This document shows, piece after piece, positions 10,043 to 19,907 of a stretch of DNA of 36,592 nt (position 1 is the stretch's first letter; each line of letters begins with the position of its first letter). The translations under genes were made by a program, and so were the position numbers. The notes beneath the pieces were generated by a model that was given only the letters and a program-made list of their open reading frames with translations, was not told the origin of the DNA and did no database searches. Source of the stretch: Fidelibacterota bacterium (lineage in GTDB: Bacteria > Fidelibacterota > Marinisomatia > Marinisomatales > TCS56); the NCBI GenBank assembly GCA_043822705.1, contig JBDRBK010000030.1, positions 1 through 36,592 on the forward strand, given 5' to 3'.

Positions 10043-11686
10043 TTATTTTCCCGGTATCCGGTATAATTTGGTGGAATATTCCGCCACCATGCGATTGGCG
10101 GTGAATTGCACTCCGGTACTGATGGCGGCCCGCATCAACTGCAACCATTGGCTGCGATCACCATAATAGGCCGGGATAACCTTGTTCTCCAGCACTGAAT
10201 AAAGATAATCGGCATCCTGACTGTCGCTGGAATTTTCATTGCCGCCGATGGCCCAGCCGTTGACGCCGTCTTCGCAGGCCTCGGCCCACCAGCCATCCAT
10301 GATGGAAAGGTTGGGAATACCGTTGAGTGTAGCCTTCATGCCGCTGGTCCCGGAGGCCTCGTGCGGGCGGACCGGCGTGTTCAGCCAGACATCCACACCG
10401 GAGGTGATCAACCGGCCCAGCCATATATTGTAATTTTCCAGGAAGACGACCTTGACTTTCCCGAACAGACGATTGGCGTTGCCGACGATTTCTCGTAAGA
10501 TGCTCTTGCCCTGATCGTCCATCGGGTGGGCTTTGCCGGCGAATACGATCTGAATTTTTCCCCGGCCGATATTTACCAACCGTTCCAGGTCGCTGAATAT
10601 CAGATTGGCCCGTTTATAGGTCGCGGTCCGGCGGGCAAAACCGATTGTCAGCACATCCAGTGCCAGTGCTTTCTGGGTCTGGGAATTGGCATATCCCAGC
10701 AGGAACTGTTTCTGGGACCGGTGGGCGGTCAGAATTTCCTTATCCGGCACCTGGCCGATATTCAGCAACAGTCCCGGATCGCTCCGCCAGCCCGGCAATA
10801 CATCATCATATAACTCGCGGAATGGTTTACCGATCCAGTAGTTATGATAGACGCCATTGGTAATATGATCGATGGCAAAGGCGGGGAATTGCTCCCGGGC
10901 CACGGACCCGTGCAAACGGGAGACACCATTGGCGGTACGACTGAAATAGAGCCCCAGTTCGGTCATGTGCAGCCGGCTGTTCTGGACCAGCGAAGGTAAT
11001 TTGAGATCGTCGGGAAGCAGGCCGTCCAGAAGATTTTTGCAGCGTTCCATGGCAAAATGATCGTGACCGACCGGAACCGGCGTGTGGGTCGTAAAAACAC
11101 AGCGGCGCCGTACTTCTGCTTCATTGCCCTGGAATTTGCGCAGCAATTCCAGGGTCAGAAACGAGCAGTGTCCCTCGTTCATATGATAGGTCTCAATATC
11201 GCCATAGCCCAGTTTTTCCAGCAGGCGGATCCCGCCGAAACCAAGAATCGCTTCCTGAAGAATGCGATGATTTTTATCGCCGGAGTACAGCCGTAGTGTT
11301 ATCGAACGATCTTCCGGCTGGTTTTCATCCACATCGGTATCCAGCAGATAGATCGGCACGGCATGACCATTGATTCCCTGATGCGTGTACTGCCAGGCAC
11401 GGATTGTCACCGACCGGCCGCTCAGCGGCAGGGTAATATCGACCGGGACTTTTTTCATCACCGGGTCCGGATCGAACCGGGGATAGGTTTCCGACTGCTG
11501 ACCTTCCTCGTCCACCCGTTGTTTGAAATAGCCTTCTTTGTACAGCAGGGTGACGGCGCAGATGGGAATGCCGGCGTCCGCCGCTGCTTTCAGATGATCA
11601 CCGGCTAATACGCCTAACCCGCCGCTGTAGGTGGGCAAACCGGAAGAAATACCGATTTCGGCGCTGAAGTATGCGATTTTATACAT
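10043..11686 (-). CDS. glgP: Alpha-glucan phosphorylase (GT35), compact 547-aa form
   Basis: IAYFSAEIG..LPTYSGGLGVLAGD, HMNEGH, FTTHTP, FARR..YKR, AGKAHP, PLP-lysine motif EASGTSGMK; start moved to ATG 11686 (MYKIAYF) because the longer ORF overlaps GH57. Confidence 0.93.
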   Translation of the reverse strand: MYKIAYFSAEIGISSGLPTYSGGLGVLAGDHLKAAADAGIPICAVTLLYKEGYFKQRVDEEGQQSETYPRFDPDPVMKKVPVDITLPLSGRSVTIRAWQYTHQGINGHAVPIYLLDTDVDENQPEDRSITLRLYSGDKNHRILQEAILGFGGIRLLEKLGYGDIETYHMNEGHCSFLTLELLRKFQGNEAEVRRRCVFTTHTPVPVGHDHFAMERCKNLLDGLLPDDLKLPSLVQNSRLHMTELGLYFSRTANGVSRLHGSVAREQFPAFAIDHITNGVYHNYWIGKPFRELYDDVLPGWRSDPGLLLNIGQVPDKEILTAHRSQKQFLLGYANSQTQKALALDVLTIGFARRTATYKRANLIFSDLERLVNIGRGKIQIVFAGKAHPMDDQGKSILREIVGNANRLFGKVKVVFLENYNIWLGRLITSGVDVWLNTPVRPHEASGTSGMKATLNGIPNLSIMDGWWAEACEDGVNGWAIGGNENSSDSQDADYLYSVLENKVIPAYYGDRSQWLQLMRAAISTGVQFTANRMVAEYSTKLYRIPGK

Positions 11687-11708
11687 GGGTACCTTAAGTG
11701 TGTTGTTA

Positions 11709-13796
11709 TTATAGCGTTTCAAGCGTAACCGCAAATTGTAAAGCAAGCTGCTCACCGGGCGCCAGCGCCAGGTCCCAGTGCGGCATGACCACTGAGCTCT
11801 GGTAGACCCGTTCGAAGCCGGCCTCGGACATGGACACCGTCTCCACCGGGAAACACCAGATGTCGGTCGCCGCCGGCCAGGCAATTTCCACCCGGAAGCG
11901 ATCCCATTCATTGACGATGGCGATTTTCCGGCAGGCGCTCAGGCTGTGTTCGCCATTGAGAAATGCGTCGCCGGGCCGGACACCATCGAATTCATAGTAA
12001 CGATCCGGCGTATGACCGCCCAGCAGGGCGAAATTCAGTTCGCTGGCATATACTCCCGCCAGGTGCCTGGTACCCCGGTTTACCAGCTCCAGATGAACCG
12101 TTACGGTATTATCGACCAGGGTAATTATTTTTCGGACCTCGACCGGGATCTCAAAAGCCTGTCCGGTGCCGGTAAGTGTGATCGCGCCGTTGAGATCGGC
12201 CCGGAAATTTCGTCCGATCAGATCGCCCTGTTCGGGGATCACCGAACGCAAGTCACCGACGGACAGCCCCGGAGGCAGGAAATGATCCTGCAACATTCGC
12301 CGCGGCCAGGGATCAGTGTGCAAATAGTGTTCCAGCCCGGCTTCTTTGGTCATGATCTGATCATGAATCGATCCGCTGTTGGCCGCACCCGTCGGCACCT
12401 GGCCGATTTTGGAATGGTAACTTTCAGGGTAGCGGCGCATCGTATTCAGCAGATTAAAGCGTTGCGGCAACAGGTCGAATTCCTTCAGAGCGCCGCCAGC
12501 GGTGCTGGCAATGATTTTAATCGCCGCGGATTGCAGGCAGTACTCGGTGGCGCCGTCACGATCGATATCCCGGGGCTGGCAGTCGGGTCCAAGTTCGGCG
12601 TCCAGCACGGCCTCGGCGGCATTCAGGTGGGTGAAAATCGCATGCCGCAGATGGGGCAGATAAAGTCCCCCGAAAACGCCGTGCCAGTAGGCACAGTTGC
12701 ACTGGGCCCGCCACAGATCGTCACGGGCCTGCTCGAGGATCGGTCCCGTCAGTCGACCATTCGCCGCCGCCGCATTCAGGCGGTATGAGACTTCCGTCAT
12801 CCGTTTCTGCATCCAGTTCGATTCATCGTACAGCGATTGAAAATTCCGCCAGGTCCCGCCCCGCAGGAATGGCCGTACCTTTTCCAACGTACCATTATGG
12901 CCGAATCGTTCTACCAGTCCGGTAAAACGCTGGCCTTGTTCGGCCGGCAGCGTCCATTCGCTCATCTCAAAATAACTGATGGTCGGCAGAAATATCAGTC
13001 CCCGTGGCGGGTGGTTGCGGTAATATTCCTTGAAAGTGGTGGTTGTGATCCAGTCGCTGTTTTTTTCCAGCGCCCGGAAAAACCGTTCCAGCCACTGATT
13101 GGGCCCATAGCAGGAATCGAAAGTGCCGGGCCAGAGACCGAATTTCTCGCCGTCATCGGCCATCACAATCACATTCGTACCATCTTCGGTGGCATACTCA
13201 CGCAGGATTTCGACGGTCGCCTCCGGATCCTTGAACGGCATGGCATAGCGCAGACGCTGACTGATCGGGAAAACACCAACCGTATAACCCTGCTCGTCGG
13301 TATTGAAATAGCCGGTCAGATCGTCCAGTTCTTTTCCGCTGGCCAGAAAATGATAATCGTCGACAGTTATATATTCGATTCCGGTTTCCCGGATCGGCTT
13401 GGCCAGATGGGGCTCCCAGACCCGCTCAGTCAGCCAGGCGCCGCGGGCCCGGTAAGCAAAGCGTCGTTCGATAAAGTCGCACATTTTCCTGATCTGGCCC
13501 AGCTTGTCGTGGTCGGGAATAATCGCCAGGATCGGTTCATAAAATCCGGCCGCCATGATCTCGATATTACCGCGCCGGACCAGGGCGGCGATCCGGTCAA
13601 GGTATTCGGGATGATGAACTTCCAGCCATTCAATCAGACAACCGCTGAAGTGAATCGCCATGGAAATCCCGGGATGTCGCTCCAGTACGTCGATAAATGG
13701 CCGATAGCTTTTCCGAAAAGCCTCCTCGAAAACGAAATCAAAATTCCCAACCGGCTGGTGGTTGTGTATTCCAAAGATAAACTGAACTTTCTTCAT
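11709..13796 (-). CDS. GH57 4-alpha-glucanotransferase/alpha-amylase
   Basis: HNHQP, FYEPIL, WLTERVW (nucleophile), DDGEKFGLWP (acid/base), AQCNCAYWHGVFGGLYLPHLR, C-terminal SEAGFERVYQ. Confidence 0.9.
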   Translation of the reverse strand: MKKVQFIFGIHNHQPVGNFDFVFEEAFRKSYRPFIDVLERHPGISMAIHFSGCLIEWLEVHHPEYLDRIAALVRRGNIEIMAAGFYEPILAIIPDHDKLGQIRKMCDFIERRFAYRARGAWLTERVWEPHLAKPIRETGIEYITVDDYHFLASGKELDDLTGYFNTDEQGYTVGVFPISQRLRYAMPFKDPEATVEILREYATEDGTNVIVMADDGEKFGLWPGTFDSCYGPNQWLERFFRALEKNSDWITTTTFKEYYRNHPPRGLIFLPTISYFEMSEWTLPAEQGQRFTGLVERFGHNGTLEKVRPFLRGGTWRNFQSLYDESNWMQKRMTEVSYRLNAAAANGRLTGPILEQARDDLWRAQCNCAYWHGVFGGLYLPHLRHAIFTHLNAAEAVLDAELGPDCQPRDIDRDGATEYCLQSAAIKIIASTAGGALKEFDLLPQRFNLLNTMRRYPESYHSKIGQVPTGAANSGSIHDQIMTKEAGLEHYLHTDPWPRRMLQDHFLPPGLSVGDLRSVIPEQGDLIGRNFRADLNGAITLTGTGQAFEIPVEVRKIITLVDNTVTVHLELVNRGTRHLAGVYASELNFALLGGHTPDRYYEFDGVRPGDAFLNGEHSLSACRKIAIVNEWDRFRVEIAWPAATDIWCFPVETVSMSEAGFERVYQSSVVMPHWDLALAPGEQLALQFAVTLETL

Positions 13797-14003
13797 CTAT
13801 CGGGGCTGATCCTCTAATATTTTAATTAACAGGTCTTCGCTGAGGGCATATATGCGACTGCTGCCGTCAATTCCCTCACGATATAAAATGACTTCCTGGT
13901 TGCGCTCCTCGGCAATCCGCCACTCCCGGTGTTCAATGACCAGGACGTCGCCGATGTTTAGGTTATATTTACCGAGAATAGTGCTGGTGTTGTTTTCGTT
14001 CAT
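13797..14003 (-). CDS. Small hypothetical protein (68 aa)
   Basis: ATG start; stop abuts the GH57 start codon exactly; protein-like composition. Confidence 0.6.
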   Translation of the reverse strand: MNENNTSTILGKYNLNIGDVLVIEHREWRIAEERNQEVILYREGIDGSSRIYALSEDLLIKILEDQPR

Positions 14004-14100
14004 GGCTGAGTCTCATCGTAATTATCGGAAATTCCCCCTCAGGATCGAATGCAGTCGAGCAGACCGGAAAAGGCCGTTGAACAGTGATCGCCGCGGCCGG

Positions 14101-14919
14101 TCAGATACCGGCGGACTGTAAGAGTTTGTCCAGTTGGATATCCCCCCGGCGCATCATCTTCTGGGTGATCGGATTGACATCGAGTCCCAACCGCTGGCCG
14201 GCCAGTGTGATATCCAGTACGATATGATTGGTGGCGATTTCGGTGATCGCCCGGTTTTTGCTCCAGATCGCCTTACTGCCGGAGACATCCAGTGTGCTGC
14301 CCATGATTGATATTGCCTGATCCACTACCAGAATAACCTTGGGATTCCAGATTTCCAGTAAATCCGACTCGTTCAGGCCGTAGGAAATCTTGGTGGCGCC
14401 GGAATCCGGGAGGGCGCAAAAACTGAACAGAAAGATTTCCACCTCGCGCTGCCCGGCGGCCTTCAAGTCGTCGATAATCATGGCCATATCCTTGGGCCAG
14501 ATACTGAGAAAGATCTTGCGCTCGGCGTTCTTGATGCTTTCGCTCATTTTCAGGATCAAATTGCGGTACCCGTGCAAATGCCAAAAATCGAAGGCTTCTT
14601 CATCGGTGTCCAGCTTGTCGATAGCGACCCTCAGGTCTTCCAGCCGGTTCTGGTGGGACTGATCAAGAAACTCGATCAGGGCCGACGGTGCGATCGGGAC
14701 GTAACGTTTTGGTTCCTGACCGGTCACATTCACCAGACCGTGATTCTGCAGACGATTCAGGACCGAATAGATCGCCGAGCGCGGAATACCGGCCCGGGTA
14801 CTGATTTCATAACCAGTGGCCGGATAATTCTTAAGCAACGAAATATAGGTCTTGCAGGCGTTCATGGTAAAACCGAATTCCGTCAGTATGTCAACGATCG
14901 CCTTCTCCGATTTACTCAT
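14101..14919 (-). CDS. TrmB-family sugar-sensing transcriptional regulator
   Basis: N-terminal wHTH (LTEFGFT..ACKTYISLL..ATGYEIS.RAGIPRSAIYSVLNRL..GLV..PKRYVPIAP) plus effector domain (IKNAERKIFLSIW, ILVVD); ATG 14919 preferred to TTG 14934. Confidence 0.9.
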   Translation of the reverse strand: MSKSEKAIVDILTEFGFTMNACKTYISLLKNYPATGYEISTRAGIPRSAIYSVLNRLQNHGLVNVTGQEPKRYVPIAPSALIEFLDQSHQNRLEDLRVAIDKLDTDEEAFDFWHLHGYRNLILKMSESIKNAERKIFLSIWPKDMAMIIDDLKAAGQREVEIFLFSFCALPDSGATKISYGLNESDLLEIWNPKVILVVDQAISIMGSTLDVSGSKAIWSKNRAITEIATNHIVLDITLAGQRLGLDVNPITQKMMRRGDIQLDKLLQSAGI

Positions 14920-15012
14920 GATAAATGAACCCAATTATTAGATTTAACTCCTTGTGAAATTTAGTAACAAAAATTGTTGCCGGATCAATCAAATCGCCAT
15001 AATATCCGGTGC

Positions 15013-15032
15013 GTAACTCATATGTGAGTTAC
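15013..15032. promoter_or_regulatory. Candidate TrmB-family operator, copy 2 (GTAACTCA-TATG-TGAGTTAC) in the divergent promoter region
   Basis: Perfect 8-bp inverted repeat between the regulator gene and the rightward operon. Confidence 0.75.
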
Positions 15033-15075
15033 CAAATTTAATACAAAATTCGTTAACTAAAATACCGGATTATTG

Positions 15076-16935
15076 ATGCGTTTAATATTACCCAGTATCT
15101 TAGTATTATTTTCTTGTGCGCTGTCCCAGAACCCGCCGGAATGGTCGGCGGACGCAATCTGGTATCAGATTTTTACCGAGCGCTTTTATAACGGTGATCC
15201 GACCAATGACCCGACCCTGGAATCGCTGGTGGGAACCTGGCCCTGGGACCGGCAGAGCGAATGGCAGGTATCGCCCTGGACTTCCGACTGGTATCAATTC
15301 CAGCCCTGGGAGGAAGCAAACGGTCAACCGTTTAACTATCAATTCCAGATCAGGCGGTACGGGGGCGACCTGCAGGGGATCATCGACAAATTGGATTATC
15401 TGCAAACTCTGGGAGTCAACGCGATCTACCTTAATCCGATTTTCCAGTCTCCTTCTTCTCATAAGTACGGAACCGAGAGCTACCACCATGTTGACCGGTT
15501 TTTCGGTCCCGACCCGGAAGGCGATGCGCTGTTGGTGGCACAAGAAAATCCCCACGATCCCGCCACCTGGCAGTGGACAGCCGCCGACCGCCTGTTCCTG
15601 AAGTTGATCGCGGAAGTTCACCGGCGTGACATGCGGATAATTATCGATGGTGTATTCAATCATGTGGGATTGACTTTTTGGGCCTTCCGGGATGTCATCG
15701 CCAACGGCGTCGACAGTCCCTATTATAACTGGTTCAATATTGAAGGCTCACCGGGTGCAGACCTTTCCCATCTGAATGATTTTCAGACCTTACCGGCTTA
15801 TCTGGCCATGCCTGGAATAGATACCCTGCGCTACACCGGCTACGTGGCCGATCTGCCTGCTTTCCGGCAGGATGAAAATGGTCCGCTGGAGCCGGTTCGG
15901 GGACATATTCACAATGTCGTCAAACGCTGGGGCGATCCCAATGGCGATGGTGATCCAAGTGATGGTATCGACGGCTGGCGCCTGGATGTGGCGGAGCGGG
16001 TCCAGCTTAATTTCTGGCGCCTGTTTAGCGGCTGGGTCAAATCGATCAATCCCGAGGCCTACCTGACTGGTGAAATCTGGTGGGAGGATTACTGGAACAA
16101 TGTGCAGTTCGACGCCGCCCCCTGGCTGACCGGCGATACCTTTGACGCTGTGATGAATTACCGCTTCGCCGATGCCATGTTCAAATTTTTCATCGACCGC
16201 GACCAGCAGATCGGCGCCAGCGAACTGGATAATCTACTGGCGGCGGTCCGCCGGGAGTATCGGCCGGAAACGGCTTATGCCCTGCAGAATCTGTTGGGCA
16301 GTCATGATATGGAACGGCTGGGCTCGGCGGTCGTCAATCCCGATCGCTGGATCGATCATGCCAATAATCTGCAGTACAACCGTGAGTTTGACATCCGCAA
16401 ACCGAATGCGGCCGAGCTGCAGATCATAAAAACAATCATTGCATTCCAGTTTACATATGTCGGTGCACCTTATATATATTATGGTGACGAGGTTGGAATG
16501 TGGGGCGCCGATGATCCCGACTGTCGGAAATCGATGGTCTGGGAAGAATTCGCCTACACCGACGAGACTGCTCACCCCTGCGACCGACTCGATGACTGCA
16601 ATTTCAGCCGGCCCCGGGATGCCGTAACCGTGAATCAGGATTTATTCTCCACTTACCAGACACTGACCAAACTGCGCCGGGATCACCCGGCCCTGCGGCG
16701 CGGAACCTATACAACAATCCTGGCCGATAATTCGACCGGGTTGTTCGCTTTTCAACGTCAAACCGATAATGAAATAATCCGGGCTGTATTCAACAGCCGG
16801 AATAATAAAAACAAAATACCGCGTAAATTAATCAAGCCCGGGGAATGGCAACTGCTGTTCAGTTCCTGCGGCGAAGCCTCCATTACCAGCGATTTACCCG
16901 GTAAATCTGCAAAAATATTCAGAAATAGCATATGA
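15076..16935 (+). CDS. Exported GH13 neopullulanase/cyclomaltodextrinase-like enzyme
   Basis: Signal peptide; PEWSADAIWYQIF.ERFYNGD, YGGDLQGIIDKLDYL, DGVFNH, DGWRLDVA, GEIW, LLGSHD, YYGDEVGMWGADDPDCR. Confidence 0.9.
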   Translation: MRLILPSILVLFSCALSQNPPEWSADAIWYQIFTERFYNGDPTNDPTLESLVGTWPWDRQSEWQVSPWTSDWYQFQPWEEANGQPFNYQFQIRRYGGDLQGIIDKLDYLQTLGVNAIYLNPIFQSPSSHKYGTESYHHVDRFFGPDPEGDALLVAQENPHDPATWQWTAADRLFLKLIAEVHRRDMRIIIDGVFNHVGLTFWAFRDVIANGVDSPYYNWFNIEGSPGADLSHLNDFQTLPAYLAMPGIDTLRYTGYVADLPAFRQDENGPLEPVRGHIHNVVKRWGDPNGDGDPSDGIDGWRLDVAERVQLNFWRLFSGWVKSINPEAYLTGEIWWEDYWNNVQFDAAPWLTGDTFDAVMNYRFADAMFKFFIDRDQQIGASELDNLLAAVRREYRPETAYALQNLLGSHDMERLGSAVVNPDRWIDHANNLQYNREFDIRKPNAAELQIIKTIIAFQFTYVGAPYIYYGDEVGMWGADDPDCRKSMVWEEFAYTDETAHPCDRLDDCNFSRPRDAVTVNQDLFSTYQTLTKLRRDHPALRRGTYTTILADNSTGLFAFQRQTDNEIIRAVFNSRNNKNKIPRKLIKPGEWQLLFSSCGEASITSDLPGKSAKIFRNSI

Positions 16936-19907
16936 AAAAAATAGCTCTTATCAATACCAGTCTGAAAGCGATCCTGCTGCTGACATTAGTAACTCAGTCA
17001 ATGGCGGAAACAACCGGCAAAGTATCTGGCCGGGCAGTTGATGCCGCAACCGGAGAGCCTCTGATCGGCTGTAATATCATCGTTGAAGATATTGGCCTGG
17101 GTGCCGCCAGCGACCTGGACGGTAATTATTATGTAATCAATATCCCGCCGGGGATATATAACCTGAAAGCGATAATGATCGGCTACACCCCGATGAGGTT
17201 GACCGGTGTAGAGGTATCATCCGGGTTTACCACTGATGCCGATTTTGCCCTGCCTACCGAGGTACTTTTGGGGCAAGAAGTAACAGTTGTCGCCGAGAAA
17301 CCGTTAATCAAGCGCGATCTGACGGCATCGACGGCGGTGGTCAATTCATCCGATTTTGATAAGCTGCCGGTCACGGAGATCTCGGAAGCTCTGGAATTGC
17401 AGGCCGGTTACGTTGATGGTCACCTCCGTGGGGGTCGGTCCGGTGAAGTATCCTTCTGGATCGATGGTGTACCGGTCACCGATGTTTACGACGGCGGAAC
17501 CGTTGTCGATATTAATAAAAGTGCCGTAGAGGAAATGCAATTGATATCCGGCGCCTTTAATGCCGAATACGGACAGGCAATGAGTGGCATTGTAAATATT
17601 ATTACTAAAGATGGATCCAATGATTTTGGTGGTTCCATTACAGCATACAGTGGTGATTTTTACTCCAGTCATGATGATATTTTCATGAATGTGGGTTATT
17701 TCAACCCCCTGACATCAAAGAATATTGAAGCTAATATAGAAGGGAGTATTATACACGATAAATTATTCTACTATTTAAGTGGTCGTATGATTTACTATCA
17801 AGGGATTTATGAAGGTCGGGATTTGTTCCGTCCTAATTCTCTTTTTAATTGGTATACCGATACTCTTGATCAATATCAATATTTTGTCATAGGCGCAGGA
17901 GATGAAATAATAAACCTGGATCCGTTTGATTTTGGCACGCTGGGATACCTGACAAATATCGATTCGATCGTCACTGCCAGCGAACTATTAGGTTCGGGAT
18001 TCGATCCGTTCAATCCATCAGATCCAATTGCGTATCAGGAAGCGTTTGACTCTGTATATCAGCATTTACAGGAAGTGCACCAGGGATCTGCCGGTACGGA
18101 TGAATATGTTCCTATGGACTGGAATATTAAAAAATACTGGCAGGCTAAACTAGTGTATAAAATGTCACCCTTCATGAAATTGAAATACACTATCATTAAT
18201 GATGATGTGACTTACCAGGAATATGACAGGGCTTATAAATACAATCCCGAAGGAATTCTTACCCGTTATCGTCATGGCATAACCCAGTTGTTACAATTTC
18301 ACCACAGTCTTGGCAGTAAAACATTCTACGCAATAGGATTTACGCGATTTAATAAGACCTATGATCACCGGACATATTCGAAAAACGAAGAAGAAAACTA
18401 TGTCCATTCAATCTATTCCGAAGAGCTGCCCTACAGTTTTAAAACTGGTGGAACCAATAATAATGTTTTCGAGCGGGAAACCGTTACGAATACAATCAAG
18501 TTTGATTTAACAAGTCAAGCTAATATGAAACATCTGATTAAAACCGGGATCGAATACAGGATACATGAATTAGCTTACTCAAATGTGAATCTGCAACCGC
18601 CAGTTGATAAAATTGCGATCGATCCCTTCTGGGATGGCGGTCTACTTGGTGAACCGGTTGTAATGGATGATTCCACTATCCATTCCAGCAGTTACAATTT
18701 CAGCCCGATCGAATTCAGCACCTACATCCAGGATAAGATTGAATTCGATGAATTGATCATTAACGCCGGCGTTCGTTTTGATTATTTCGATCCCAAGGGT
18801 AAAATTCTTAACGATCCCAGTGATCCCGGTATTTACAATCCGATCCGGCCGGAAAACCGTTACTACGACCTAAATGAAAACGGTATTCAGGATGAGGGTG
18901 AACCCGTAGTGACTCTGGCACAGCGACAGGAGTACTGGTACAAGGATACCAGTGCCAAATGGAAGATCAGCCCCCGGCTGGGTGTATCTTTCCCCTTCAC
19001 TGATAGGGGTGTGATTCACTTCTCCTATGGTCATTTTTTCCAGATTCCGCGCTTTGAACTGCTGTACCAGAATCCTGATTATGATTTGGATCAGGGTACG
19101 GGAAATGTCGGTGTTGTCGGTAATTCCGATTTGCGGCCGGAAAAAACCGTCAGTGGTGAATTAGGACTGCAACAACAGATATCGAATAATATTTCTCTGG
19201 ACATTACCGGGTACTTCCGCGATATTCGTGATTTAACCGGAACTCAGGCGGAACAGATTTCGATGTTCGGCGGATCGTCATCCTACAGCCGGCTGGAAAA
19301 TTCGGATTTTGCTTACATCCGCGGGATTGTATTCTCGCTGTCGATGCAGACGCGCCGTGGCTGGTCCGGTAATTTTGATTACACCTTTCAGATCGCCCGT
19401 GGCAGCGCCTCCGACCCGGAGCAAGCCCGGGATGCGATTGCCGGGGGTCAATTGCCGGAAGTGCAGATGATACCGTTAAATTGGGACCAGACTCACACCG
19501 TGAATCTATCGGCCAGTTACGCCGCAAAATACTTCGGGGGCAGCACAATTGCCCAGTTCGGTTCCGGTTTGCCCTACACACCGGAGTCGGTTGAGGATAT
19601 TTCTTCGCTGGTACAGAATTCAGCCCGCCGGCCGGTCACCTGGAATGTGGATTTTCGCTGCTACTATCGACCGCCGCTATTTGACAATAATATGACTATT
19701 TTCCTGCGGGTCTTCAACCTGCTTGATCATCTAAATCAAACGACTGTGTATGATGATTCCGGTGTTGCCGATAAAACAATCGAAATTAACCGGGCGATGA
19801 AGACCAATCCGCCCGAGATCATTAATACCATTGAGGAGTGGTATCGTAATGAAACTTATTATTCCAATCCCAGAAAAATTGAAATCGGAGTCACCTATGC
19901 GATATAA
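16932..19907 (+). CDS. TonB-dependent receptor with N-terminal carboxypeptidase-regulatory-like domain
   Basis: TGKVSGRAVDAATGEPLIG; plug HLRGGRSGEV..IDGVPV, GAFNAEYGQAMSGIVNIITK; barrel motifs SPRLGVSFP, GNSDLRPEKT; terminal NPRKIEIGVTYAI; ATGA overlap with upstream gene. Confidence 0.92.
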   Translation: MKKIALINTSLKAILLLTLVTQSMAETTGKVSGRAVDAATGEPLIGCNIIVEDIGLGAASDLDGNYYVINIPPGIYNLKAIMIGYTPMRLTGVEVSSGFTTDADFALPTEVLLGQEVTVVAEKPLIKRDLTASTAVVNSSDFDKLPVTEISEALELQAGYVDGHLRGGRSGEVSFWIDGVPVTDVYDGGTVVDINKSAVEEMQLISGAFNAEYGQAMSGIVNIITKDGSNDFGGSITAYSGDFYSSHDDIFMNVGYFNPLTSKNIEANIEGSIIHDKLFYYLSGRMIYYQGIYEGRDLFRPNSLFNWYTDTLDQYQYFVIGAGDEIINLDPFDFGTLGYLTNIDSIVTASELLGSGFDPFNPSDPIAYQEAFDSVYQHLQEVHQGSAGTDEYVPMDWNIKKYWQAKLVYKMSPFMKLKYTIINDDVTYQEYDRAYKYNPEGILTRYRHGITQLLQFHHSLGSKTFYAIGFTRFNKTYDHRTYSKNEEENYVHSIYSEELPYSFKTGGTNNNVFERETVTNTIKFDLTSQANMKHLIKTGIEYRIHELAYSNVNLQPPVDKIAIDPFWDGGLLGEPVVMDDSTIHSSSYNFSPIEFSTYIQDKIEFDELIINAGVRFDYFDPKGKILNDPSDPGIYNPIRPENRYYDLNENGIQDEGEPVVTLAQRQEYWYKDTSAKWKISPRLGVSFPFTDRGVIHFSYGHFFQIPRFELLYQNPDYDLDQGTGNVGVVGNSDLRPEKTVSGELGLQQQISNNISLDITGYFRDIRDLTGTQAEQISMFGGSSSYSRLENSDFAYIRGIVFSLSMQTRRGWSGNFDYTFQIARGSASDPEQARDAIAGGQLPEVQMIPLNWDQTHTVNLSASYAAKYFGGSTIAQFGSGLPYTPESVEDISSLVQNSARRPVTWNVDFRCYYRPPLFDNNMTIFLRVFNLLDHLNQTTVYDDSGVADKTIEINRAMKTNPPEIINTIEEWYRNETYYSNPRKIEIGVTYAI

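Noticed and set aside
11687..11911. 75-aa N-terminal extension of GlgP
   Set aside because: Overlaps the GH57 gene in another frame; family similarity begins at MYKIAYF
11946..13817. 280-aa and 326-aa plus-strand ORFs
   Set aside because: Antisense shadows of the GH57 gene; the other ORFs nested in annotated genes are rejected for the same reason
14945..14980. Possible fourth operator (ttaactc.. / gtaacaaaaattgttgc) near the regulator start
   Set aside because: Only half-site similarity, and the spacing differs from the 7-6-7 consensus
19831..19896. Upstream TTG start of the large secreted protein
   Set aside because: Lies inside the receptor gene; ATG 19897 has an RBS and begins the signal peptide
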